In this document: piece after piece, positions 37,063-46,139 of the stretch
Layout of the letters: every line of letters begins with the position of its first letter
How positions within the stretch are numbered: position 1 is the stretch's first letter
Source of the DNA: a virus
Virus record (IMG/VR): IMGVR_UViG_3300046355_000213
Coordinates: 1-64,000 of that record
Reading direction: 5' to 3' (one strand)
DNA length: 64,000 nt
Program-made: the position numbers and the translations under genes
The notes under the pieces: generated by a model
Seen by the model: the letters and a program-made list of their open reading frames with translations, nothing else
The model's database searches: none
Told to the model about the DNA's origin: nothing

Positions 37063-37488
37063 ATGACACAATACGTATCCTTTGATTTTGATGGTACGCT
37101 AGCTTTGCCCCATGTCCAGGAGTTTGCAAAAGAGCTCCTGGACCAAGGCATTCAAGTGCGCGTGACCACCACCCGCTATGATGAAATGCACTGCCACAAG
37201 TATGGCTACCGCTGGCCCCCAGTGTTAGATGACTTGTGGGAAGTTGTAGACCGGTTGGGTATCCCCAAACACCATGTACACTTTACCAATATGCAATGGA
37301 AGAGTAAGTACTTGCTAGGGACCAACTTCATATTCCACCTTGATGATAATGAGGAGGAGTTTCACCATGCCCGTTATGACTCTGTCAAGGTACCCATGAT
37401 ACAGGTCAATGGTGGAGGCTGGAAAGCCAAATGTTTAAAGCTAATCTATAATCACGTTAACAATATCCCCAATGAAAGTACTATTTAA
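37063..37488 (+). CDS. HAD-superfamily phosphatase
   Basis: SFDFDGTL, TTR, K, HLDD. Confidence 0.8.
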   Translation: MTQYVSFDFDGTLALPHVQEFAKELLDQGIQVRVTTTRYDEMHCHKYGYRWPPVLDDLWEVVDRLGIPKHHVHFTNMQWKSKYLLGTNFIFHLDDNEEEFHHARYDSVKVPMIQVNGGGWKAKCLKLIYNHVNNIPNESTI

Positions 37489-37903
37489 AAAACTAGTAAG
37501 TGAGGCTGTGATGCCTAAGTTTAGCAAACCAGGTGATGCCGGAGCAGATCTTGTAGCTACATCAGTTGACGCATCTAGTAGAGAAGGCCAAATAGTATAT
37601 GGTACAGGATTAGCTGTAGAGATACCAGAGGGGATGGTAGGTCTTGTGTTTCCTCGTTCTTCTATTCGTAACTATGATTTAGTCATGAGCAACTCTGTTG
37701 GTGTAATTGACAGTGGATATCGTGGAGAAATTATGGCTACATTTAACTTAAAGAATCCATGGTCGCCTGATGATGTTTACAAAGTGGGTGATCGTATTGC
37801 TCAGTTGATTATCATGCCTGTACCATTGATACAGTATAAGGAAGTGGATGAGTTATCAGAAACTCAAAGAGGTACAGGCGGGCACGGATCCTCAGGAGTT
37901 TAA
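37472..37903 (+). CDS. dut: trimeric dUTPase
   Basis: AGADL, RSS, GVIDSGYRGE, RIAQL, RGTGGHGSSG. Confidence 0.96.
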   Translation: MKVLFKKLVSEAVMPKFSKPGDAGADLVATSVDASSREGQIVYGTGLAVEIPEGMVGLVFPRSSIRNYDLVMSNSVGVIDSGYRGEIMATFNLKNPWSPDDVYKVGDRIAQLIIMPVPLIQYKEVDELSETQRGTGGHGSSGV

Positions 37904-37904
37904 A

Positions 37905-38146
37905 GACCCTAAATGTGGTTGTGAACAATTAGAACCTACCTGGCTTTAAACACATCAGGAGAGACGTTTTACCAGGCGCTTAAGATTCATTTGCCAAACA
38001 GCCTACACTGATGGGTGATCTTGAATGTATAATGTCTTAAGTATGCTTAAACGAGGGTTCACAGGAAAGTCATTTCCTCTTATGGTAAATCAAGTGTTTT
38101 GCAGAGGGGAGAAGTTACGGTATCTCACTACCGTAACTTTTTTCTC
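37905..38146 (+). ncRNA. candidate structured non-coding RNA
   Basis: ~240-nt gap with no sizeable ORF, nested complementary segments and strong terminal hairpin. Confidence 0.3.
38112..38143 (+). terminator. rho-independent terminator
   Basis: AAGTTACGGTA-TCTCAC-TACCGTAACTT followed by TTTT. Confidence 0.75.
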
Positions 38147-38164
38147 TCATTAATTTAATAATCC

Positions 38165-38587
38165 ATGAATCCAGTAATAAACAATATTGATAACCCAGAG
38201 CCTCAGTTTATGCTTCATAATGAACTGATATACTGGTTGGAAAAAAACATGCAAGTCAACTTTAACCTCACCAGAGAAACACCTCCATATATTGTCTTAA
38301 AAGATGGAAGTGGTATAGACTCAGGTGCTGAGATGCTCACCGTATCTGCCTCTATCACAATCAATCAACAAGACGTAAACAATGGAGCTTGGCCTAAAAC
38401 CATCTGTTCATCTTCCCATAAGTTCCTGGCAGTTAAAAATGATAGGGTAATGTATGGAGGATCAACTGATAGAGAGGTGAAAATCTACAGTGACCTAAAT
38501 AGAATGGCTCAGTTGATAAACAAACAACAAGAAGAAATCCAACAATTAAGAGGCTTGATTCAAAGCAAGCAATATCCTATAACATGA
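38165..38587 (+). CDS. hypothetical protein
   Basis: 140-aa ORF, C-terminal coiled coil. Confidence 0.7.
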   Translation: MNPVINNIDNPEPQFMLHNELIYWLEKNMQVNFNLTRETPPYIVLKDGSGIDSGAEMLTVSASITINQQDVNNGAWPKTICSSSHKFLAVKNDRVMYGGSTDREVKIYSDLNRMAQLINKQQEEIQQLRGLIQSKQYPIT

Positions 38588-39057
38588 ATAACTCAGAAGA
38601 AACCCAATTACGTAAAGCACTCTACCTTGATGACGTGCGGACTCCTACTGATACCCTACCTGGTTATGAACCGTGGGTAGTAGTGCGTACGCATGAGCAG
38701 TTCACCGCATACATCAAAGAGCATGGCGTACCTGATTTTATCAGCTTTGACCATGACCTTGCACATGAACACATGCAAGACTACTATGACCAGGTGAAAA
38801 GCTACGGCTTCCAGACACCTTCTTACCACAACTTTAAAGAGCAGACAGGTCTTAGCTCTGCCATGTGGTTAATTGAACACTGTATAGAAAATGAAGTAGC
38901 CCCCAAACAGTGTGCTGTACACAGCCACAACCCGGTAGGTGCAAAGAACATACAGGAATGTATTAATAATTACAAAAAACACTTGGGCCTCCCACAGGAT
39001 TGTTACCTGGGTAGAGTGCCCTTTAAAATTGAGGAAATTAAACTTGAGAAAAAATGA
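38584..39057 (+). CDS. cyclic-phosphate-processing receiver-like domain protein
   Basis: LYLDDVR, ISFDHDL, HSHNPVG. Confidence 0.75.
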   Translation: MNNSEETQLRKALYLDDVRTPTDTLPGYEPWVVVRTHEQFTAYIKEHGVPDFISFDHDLAHEHMQDYYDQVKSYGFQTPSYHNFKEQTGLSSAMWLIEHCIENEVAPKQCAVHSHNPVGAKNIQECINNYKKHLGLPQDCYLGRVPFKIEEIKLEKK

Positions 39058-39863
39058 TAATTGCTATTTCAGGTTACGCAGGATCCGGAAAAGACTTAGT
39101 AGGTCAAATGATCCAGTATCATACCAGTGAGTGCAGCAAGCCTAAGATGAGTAACTCCCGCTACAGGACCTTTGATGAGTTTGTTAAAGCAGGCGGAGGC
39201 TCAGACCTTAGAGACTTTGACCACCACTACTATACAGAATGGGAGATTAAGAAGTTTGCCGGTAAGCTCAAAGAGATTGCCAGTATACTCTTAGGTGTCC
39301 CTAAACACAAATTTGAAGACCAGGAGTTTAAGAAGCAGTTCTTAGGCTCACAGTGGGAAACTTATGGCATCGTCCGCGATGGTGGTACCAGACAGATTGC
39401 TGTCAAGACTACGCCTCACGATCCTAACGGCATGTGGTTACAGCAAAGCGGTAACACAGAGATGCATAACCGCATGACGGGTAGAGAGTTTCTGCAGAAG
39501 CTGGGTACAGACGCACTTAGAGATAAGCTGCATCCTAACGTATGGATCAACGCGCTCTTTGCTGACTACACTACAGATATGAGTGGTTACAGTGATCGTA
39601 TGAGTGGAGCAGATATTGAAGACCTCTACCCTAACTGGATCATCACTGACTGCCGGTTCTCCAATGAAGCTCTGGCAGTGAAAGACCATGGTGGAATTAT
39701 TGTGCGTATCAACCGTCCTGGCATTGATGCGGTCAACGCGCATCCATCAGAAACCGGTTTAGACACCTGGGCTTTTGATCATGTGATCACCAATGAAGGC
39801 AGCAAAGAAGAATTACTGGCTAAAGTAGCCACTATGCTGGATTCTGTGTTGGTTACCCATTAG
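39054..39863 (+). CDS. deoxynucleoside monophosphate kinase
   Basis: SGYAGSGKD, FAGKLK, REFLQKLGT, ITDCRFSNE, HPSE. Confidence 0.88.
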   Translation: MIIAISGYAGSGKDLVGQMIQYHTSECSKPKMSNSRYRTFDEFVKAGGGSDLRDFDHHYYTEWEIKKFAGKLKEIASILLGVPKHKFEDQEFKKQFLGSQWETYGIVRDGGTRQIAVKTTPHDPNGMWLQQSGNTEMHNRMTGREFLQKLGTDALRDKLHPNVWINALFADYTTDMSGYSDRMSGADIEDLYPNWIITDCRFSNEALAVKDHGGIIVRINRPGIDAVNAHPSETGLDTWAFDHVITNEGSKEELLAKVATMLDSVLVTH

Positions 39864-39938
39864 TAACCTGGTCACATCAGAAAACAATACTTGTAGACCT
39901 TACTTGTAGAACTCCAAACAGCTCTCTAATTTAGCCGT

Positions 39939-40079
39939 ATGAAAATAATACATACCCTAAAGAAGCTTAACTGGAGTTCTATAGTAGGTTGGATAGTCAT
40001 CCTCACCACTACTTTCTTTTTGTGGTGGGGCTTATTTAAAATGTTCAACGGGTTTTTTGTATGGCTGGCCAGACAATAA
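39939..40079 (+). CDS. small membrane peptide (46 aa)
   Basis: Manually read MKIIHTLKKLNWSSIVGWIVILTTTFFLWWGLF..., downstream of promoter-like motif. Confidence 0.55.
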   Translation: MKIIHTLKKLNWSSIVGWIVILTTTFFLWWGLFKMFNGFFVWLARQ

Positions 40080-40097
40080 TCCACTACTTAAAACTAC

Positions 40098-40286
40098 ATG
40101 GAATTTGCCTTTATGATTGAGTTATTGCCTGAACACAGAAGTATGTTAGGCATCGAGTTTAAACACCAGCAGGTAAGAATAGAGCTGGAAGAACTACATG
40201 GAGAGCAGGAGCGTACAGCCTACACATTTACACTGGGGCTGGGCCTGGCTCATATACAGTTCACTGTATTCAGGAAGAACAGTTAG
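40098..40286 (+). CDS. small hypothetical protein
   Basis: 62-aa ORF before terminator. Confidence 0.6.
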   Translation: MEFAFMIELLPEHRSMLGIEFKHQQVRIELEELHGEQERTAYTFTLGLGLAHIQFTVFRKNS

Positions 40287-40303
40287 TTTAAGGGGGTTAA
40301 AAG

Positions 40304-40333
40304 AAAAGGGAGGCTATTGGTGCCTCCCTTTTT
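40304..40333. terminator. bidirectional terminator
   Basis: AAAAGGGAGGC-TATTGGT-GCCTCCCTTTT between convergent genes. Confidence 0.85.
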
Positions 40334-40334
40334 C

Positions 40335-43300
40335 TTATTGTATCCGTATTCCCCACTCTTTACGGAAGTCATCATCAAAGATGGCTGTCATCTGTACAAC
40401 CTCTTTGGTTATAGGCATAAGCCTAAATAAATATTTCAAAGGTCTGGCTTCATCTGTTGTCTCAGAGTCGCCTGTAGCTACTCCCCAACCTTGCTTTAAC
40501 GTAGCTCCCAAGAATCTCTGGGTGTCCTCTGCCAAACTAATAATAGGCAAAGGAGACTTGATCAGGTTGGTAAACTCAATAGGGTTGTAGTAGAAGGCAA
40601 ACTCGTTGTAGTACTTAGACAAAGCCCTGGCTGTGTACTTGCGGATACCCGTGTACTCATCCATCTCATCATCATCTCCTGGTTTAACAGCCATGAGCAT
40701 CATGTAAAAAGCAATAAGAATCATGACCTCTCTGATGGCACTCTTTAAGTTACCAATGTGCATGTCAATGAATTCCGCTTCTGTGATGTTAAACTCCTCC
40801 CCATTTGCATAAGCATCTGCTTTCATGATGTGGTATCTGGCTTTAGCAGCCGCAATAGCACCATCCGAACCAAAACCTAATACAATACCTTTAAGCAACT
40901 GCCCGGCTCTTACGCTGAATAGCTCACCCATTAAACTGTTGAGCTTACCATATTGGTAAACATCCAGGTCACCGTCCTTGTAGAGGTTACCAAATCTTTC
41001 CTTAGCCATAGCCGGGATCCAGCTACGGAACTGCATCAGGGCCATGCCCCAGCTGTTGGTACGGATCAAATTGATGTCATCACTGGTAGAGTTACCAATG
41101 ATAGTCTTAGCTGCTTTTTTAACAGCGGCCCGGAACTTCTCTGAGTTCTCACTGCCCATGTCTACGCCAGGAATGGTCAGCTCATCATTTTCAATCTTGG
41201 CAGTGGCAAATAAACTCTTCTCTTGCTTGAGCTTGGCAATTTGTTCCTCCAACTTAGCTTTGAACTCTTTACGCTCAGCAGCCGGTAAGTTATAAAACGT
41301 ACTGTAGTTCATCTGGTCTTTCACATAGTTAGTGATGTTGACCAAATTACCACTTTCATCTACCATAAAGTTCTGCATCATGGCAATGGCCAGCGGGTTC
41401 TGTACGGCTTTGTCTGCAATACGCTGGAACACATACATGTTATCCAAACTAAAACTAGCTACTGCTTTAGATACAGAGAGCTTATTACCCTTGTTACGCT
41501 TACCGTCTTCCAGTAGCATATCAAAGTAGTCCAGCATAGCAATAGCTTTACTGTCTCTTTTGGTATACAGGTACATGGACTTAACCCAGTCGTCATTATT
41601 CATAACTACTTTCTTGGTACCCAATAAGAACGCGTTACCCGTACCACCTACAAACTGGGCAGAACCTGATAAAGGGTTTAGGGCTAAAGTCTTTAAGCTA
41701 AAGAAGCCCAGGATAAACTGTAGAGACTTCTGTGCAGAGAACGTCTTGCCAAACATCTTGACCTTTACGTCAAACTGTTCACCTGTACGTCTGTTGTACA
41801 AATAGAAATTAGTAAAGTCCTGCAGGATCTTGGCATTACGCTCATTACCCGGCTTGGTGTCAAGCTCTCCGTTAGGAAGTCGCTTACCTTCATTAAACAA
41901 GTTGGTGACAATACTCTCTTTGTTACGCTCCGCTGTGTTTAAGACAAACACGTCATCCTCCAAAGAGCTCATGCCCTCGTAGTTGTACATGTGACCACCC
42001 CAGATAGAGAATACTTTAAACAAGTCCTTGCTCTTTCTGTCGTAGTTTGGAGTAAGACCTCCATCATCTACACCGATGTCACGGGTAAAGTATACCGGCA
42101 CGCGGTTAAGTACCTCTCCTGTAACAGGGTCCTGGTCTGGAAAATACTGTGAGCCAGAGTCAATAGCCAGCTGCTCAAAGAAGTCACCACCGGCAAACAT
42201 TCCTTTGTTCATACCTCCAAAGACTAACTGATCCAATTTACCCTTGAACATAGATGGTATGAACTCCGGAGAGTACTCATCTATCATACCCAGGCGTTCT
42301 GCATGTCTGATCGTAGACTGGAAATACTTGTATGCCTCCATAGCAGGCTCGTTGCCTTTAGCACTAAGCTCTTTCCAACCGGCACTATGCCACTTGGCAC
42401 TAGGCTTTAAGAAATTATTCTTAGGGTTCAGGTATCCGTCCTGGTTAGGCTTACCCTCTTCATCTAAAATATTATGAGTATCTACCCATTTGTAGAAAGC
42501 TTTAGACACTGCTTCGGCATTAGCCTTCTCATCTGTCATAAACTTAGCCTCCTTGTAATACTCTAGTTTACGGGCTCTCTCCTTCTCATAGCGCTCACCG
42601 TCAAACTCCGTGTTCTCTGCAATCCACTTCCAGTCTCCTGTACGGATGGCCTGGTCACGCTGCCTGTAGAATTCACTGTCGTATTTTTTCAGGAAGTTAC
42701 CTGTCCACTTGCCGAGTTTAAAGTCCAGCATGATGTCAAATAACTTATCTCCCGTAATGCCTTTCTTTTTACCCCACTGCTCCAAAGCGTCTTTGTGCTT
42801 GTGAAGTTCTGTCATCATTTTGTTGAAGTCAGCATCGCGCTTGTTCTGCACGTTTCTAAGCATCTTGTAGAAAGTCTGTATGGCTTTAGTATCCAGCTGA
42901 GACAAAGAGTTAAATGTACCGGCTAAAAAGCTTACACCCTTCTCTGACTTCTCAAAGTTCTCTATACCCATACGCTGTGCAATAGAGCTGGCAATCTCTG
43001 TCAGGTTCTCTTCTACCTCCTCAAGGGTAGCTGCAGCATCGGCAGTCATTTGCTTATATACATCTGAGAGTTCTTTGAGGGCTTCAATGTCCTGCGTATT
43101 ACCAGAAGCAATGATATCGCGGTTGTAATCTGCAATGATCTTATTGATGATACCACTGGTAGAACTGAACACAGATAAAGTATCCAGGGCTGTGCGGATA
43201 TCCCTAGGAGTTAGGGCGTCATTGAGCATTAGCTCCCTGATACGGGCAACCTCAGTGTTACCCAGCTCAATAAACTTGTCAATAGATCCTCTTAGCTCAA

Positions 43301-46121
43301 GGTCACGGATAGCATCACGGTAGCGCTTAAGTTCTTCTTTTTGCTTGAACTTCTCTGCTGCCTTGAACTTCTTTTGCTCAATACGCTTATAGATACCGTC
43401 CAGCTTCTTGATCAACTTGTCCAGGTTCTTGTCTCCTGTAGTTTCATCTACAGATACTGGTAACAGGTAGTTTTGGTCATCCGGTATCATAGCCGGGTTG
43501 AAGTCACCAATCTCAATATTTTTCAGCTCCAGGTTGTCTATCTCATTCTTGGCATTCTTTAGGTACACATACTGGGTACGGATAGGAATAGCTCTTACTT
43601 TACCAAACTTGTTGAAGCCGTAGTGCTCCCTTAAGATACGCTTGTATTCTCCCAGCTGTATGCGGTAAGCCTGAGGCTTAAAGTCCTTGATCTCTGTCTG
43701 GAACTTGGCAATCTCCTGGCTCTTCCAGTCATAGATCTCTACTACTCCGCTTGTGGGAATCACGAGCAAGTCAATAGAACCTGCCATGTCAGCCTTAGGA
43801 TCGTAGATCTTTACCTCCTTCATGAACATGGTACCTACAGGATATGAACCAATCAGCTGCTCAAAGTAGCCATCTAACTTTTTCATGATCTCTGTACCTG
43901 CTGCTGCATGAACAACGGGTTGCTTGGCGTCACGCACAAGACCGGTAGCCGGATCAATATACGCCTCATAGATACTCTCCATCATTAAGTGGATAGCATC
44001 ACCGAACTCTGCCTTTAGAAGGTCAAGTTCCTTCTGGCGCTCATCTCTGCGGTCATTAGGGAATATCTTCTTGTAATACGCGTCTACCTTAGCCGTAGTC
44101 ACAGAGGTCTTCACCGGCCTGCCATCATGTTTATAGATGTGGCGCTTTTGCTTAGTCACCGGATCAATAGAGTTATCCAGGATAAGTCTGTTCTGCTCTT
44201 GCTTAAGTAAGTCTATACTACTTGCCAAAGAGAAGTAAATACCTTCCTCGGCATTGATTGATCCAAGATTACTTGTATCTGCAGAGCCGATCTGCTGTGC
44301 TGCTGCAGCAAAAGGATTGTCCTCAGCTTTTCTAAAAGTGTCTGTGATAATCTTCCATACTTTCTCCCACCAGGAAGCAAGCTTGGTGATTTTCTCCTGA
44401 GTCTCATTAGCAGTGTTGCCCTTGATGATATGCTCACTGATCACCTGGCCAATAGCTTCTTTCTTTAACTTAGTAAAGTTTACAGACCCATCCGGGTTTC
44501 TGTACTCTGGCAGGTTCTTGTATAGCTCTACTATTTCACGGTACAGTTGATAAGACGTGATGTCATTCATCATCTGCTTCATCAGCGGGTGATTATCTCC
44601 CAGCATGTTCACAAAGAAGTGAGCTGCCTCCTCTCCTAGTGTCCTGGCGTCCATAGAGCCCTCTGTGACCTGGATAATGCGGTTAAGCATGTCAGCCTTC
44701 GCATTGGCACTGATCGGCTGTCCTGAGGCATCTGTGATGCTGTCAACCGTTTCCACGCTTACCCCTATCTGGGATAAAAAATTTAGTACTTGTTGCTGGA
44801 GTTCCTGCTCTGAAGCCTGAGGGCTTGCAAAGAATTCATCCGGCAGGTTATCTTGCTGAGAGTCTTGTTGAGCCTGGAAGAGTTGGTACTGCTCTTCATC
44901 CTGCATAAGCTGCTCGGTAGTCTTACGGAAGTCTTCTAATATATTAGTAGCCACCGCATACGCCTGACCATAAAGGGCATTAGACTCAGTAATACCAAAA
45001 AGTCCCAGGATATAATCAAACAACTGGTCAAAGATATTGGCGTATTCTTTCTCTCCGGGTTTAGCTGGGATCTCCAGCAGCTGCTTTACAAACTTACCGT
45101 CTGTGAATATACCTACTATGAATTCATCCAGGTCTCTTAGGGCATAGTTGCCTTCACCGGTCTCATCATTATAACCTCCCAGCTTTTCTTTGGCGTAGTC
45201 AAACAAGTTCGTCAAAGCAGTAACTGCCTCGCCATTACTCTTAAGCTCATGGTAAGTCAGACTGTGCAGGATCTCATGGATAATAGTAGGCTCAGAGCCT
45301 GCTCCACGGAATTTAGAGTCCTGGTTAATAAAGATCTCATTAGTGCCTGGGTAGAATATACCTGCAGCGGTCATACCCCTGGCTTGTAAAGCAGGATGAC
45401 TGCCTGGTACCAGGGTAATCTTTACGTCATTAAGCTTAGCATAAGACATTAACTGTCCTGCCAGTTTATTTAAGGGATGGCCGCTGTCTGCAATCTTTTG
45501 CAAGACCTCAGTAGAACGTGTCTCTGTGCTTTCTGTAAAATACTTACGTCCCACGTTAGCATCCTGGGTATTCTTAGCCAGGGCTTTATTAAACACAAAG
45601 ATCTTGTATCCTGAAGGCGTCTGTCTTACCATAAACTTATAGTAAGGACTGCGGTTCAGGCTTGCTATCCGGTCATTGGTCTGCTTGATCTGCTCAGGCG
45701 TGCTGTACTTGACAAAACTGATCTGGCCATACTGGTTGATAAGGTTGAACTTCTTGTACAGGGCCTCATTGCCTTTTAAAGGCATTGGCATCTCAGCTGC
45801 ATTTTGATCCATGAAAGACTTCATAGCAGCATAACTAGGCTCACCATTGGTGTCCATGCCTTCTGTTAATTGTCCTTGGATAGAAGCTAAAGTCACTTCA
45901 TCAATGCCAGAGTCATTAAGCTGTGCTTTGATGGGACGTTCCCAGTCACCAAACCAGGACTTAAAATCATCTGTATAGGCAACTGCCCAGGCGTCTAAAG
46001 CTTCATCCTTATCAGGCATTACCTGGTTAAGGTCAGCAAAGAGCTGGGACTCGTTACCATTTGGTGCCGTCACTTTACTGACAGCACCGGTATTATCTCT
46101 AAATATGTGACATGAAGCCAT
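40335..46121 (-). CDS. giant virion cargo/polyvalent protein: zincin (HEILH), degenerate zincin (EEAAH), PD-(D/E)XK nuclease
   Basis: APNG..S.LF N-terminus, IIHEILH...DEF, LGEEAAH, GSIDLL...IYDWKS, MQFRSW. Confidence 0.85.
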   Translation of the reverse strand: MASCHIFRDNTGAVSKVTAPNGNESQLFADLNQVMPDKDEALDAWAVAYTDDFKSWFGDWERPIKAQLNDSGIDEVTLASIQGQLTEGMDTNGEPSYAAMKSFMDQNAAEMPMPLKGNEALYKKFNLINQYGQISFVKYSTPEQIKQTNDRIASLNRSPYYKFMVRQTPSGYKIFVFNKALAKNTQDANVGRKYFTESTETRSTEVLQKIADSGHPLNKLAGQLMSYAKLNDVKITLVPGSHPALQARGMTAAGIFYPGTNEIFINQDSKFRGAGSEPTIIHEILHSLTYHELKSNGEAVTALTNLFDYAKEKLGGYNDETGEGNYALRDLDEFIVGIFTDGKFVKQLLEIPAKPGEKEYANIFDQLFDYILGLFGITESNALYGQAYAVATNILEDFRKTTEQLMQDEEQYQLFQAQQDSQQDNLPDEFFASPQASEQELQQQVLNFLSQIGVSVETVDSITDASGQPISANAKADMLNRIIQVTEGSMDARTLGEEAAHFFVNMLGDNHPLMKQMMNDITSYQLYREIVELYKNLPEYRNPDGSVNFTKLKKEAIGQVISEHIIKGNTANETQEKITKLASWWEKVWKIITDTFRKAEDNPFAAAAQQIGSADTSNLGSINAEEGIYFSLASSIDLLKQEQNRLILDNSIDPVTKQKRHIYKHDGRPVKTSVTTAKVDAYYKKIFPNDRRDERQKELDLLKAEFGDAIHLMMESIYEAYIDPATGLVRDAKQPVVHAAAGTEIMKKLDGYFEQLIGSYPVGTMFMKEVKIYDPKADMAGSIDLLVIPTSGVVEIYDWKSQEIAKFQTEIKDFKPQAYRIQLGEYKRILREHYGFNKFGKVRAIPIRTQYVYLKNAKNEIDNLELKNIEIGDFNPAMIPDDQNYLLPVSVDETTGDKNLDKLIKKLDGIYKRIEQKKFKAAEKFKQKEELKRYRDAIRDLELRGSIDKFIELGNTEVARIRELMLNDALTPRDIRTALDTLSVFSSTSGIINKIIADYNRDIIASGNTQDIEALKELSDVYKQMTADAAATLEEVEENLTEIASSIAQRMGIENFEKSEKGVSFLAGTFNSLSQLDTKAIQTFYKMLRNVQNKRDADFNKMMTELHKHKDALEQWGKKKGITGDKLFDIMLDFKLGKWTGNFLKKYDSEFYRQRDQAIRTGDWKWIAENTEFDGERYEKERARKLEYYKEAKFMTDEKANAEAVSKAFYKWVDTHNILDEEGKPNQDGYLNPKNNFLKPSAKWHSAGWKELSAKGNEPAMEAYKYFQSTIRHAERLGMIDEYSPEFIPSMFKGKLDQLVFGGMNKGMFAGGDFFEQLAIDSGSQYFPDQDPVTGEVLNRVPVYFTRDIGVDDGGLTPNYDRKSKDLFKVFSIWGGHMYNYEGMSSLEDDVFVLNTAERNKESIVTNLFNEGKRLPNGELDTKPGNERNAKILQDFTNFYLYNRRTGEQFDVKVKMFGKTFSAQKSLQFILGFFSLKTLALNPLSGSAQFVGGTGNAFLLGTKKVVMNNDDWVKSMYLYTKRDSKAIAMLDYFDMLLEDGKRNKGNKLSVSKAVASFSLDNMYVFQRIADKAVQNPLAIAMMQNFMVDESGNLVNITNYVKDQMNYSTFYNLPAAERKEFKAKLEEQIAKLKQEKSLFATAKIENDELTIPGVDMGSENSEKFRAAVKKAAKTIIGNSTSDDINLIRTNSWGMALMQFRSWIPAMAKERFGNLYKDGDLDVYQYGKLNSLMGELFSVRAGQLLKGIVLGFGSDGAIAAAKARYHIMKADAYANGEEFNITEAEFIDMHIGNLKSAIREVMILIAFYMMLMAVKPGDDDEMDEYTGIRKYTARALSKYYNEFAFYYNPIEFTNLIKSPLPIISLAEDTQRFLGATLKQGWGVATGDSETTDEARPLKYLFRLMPITKEVVQMTAIFDDDFRKEWGIRIQ

Positions 46122-46139
46122 AGGGGTATTGTGGGGGGA

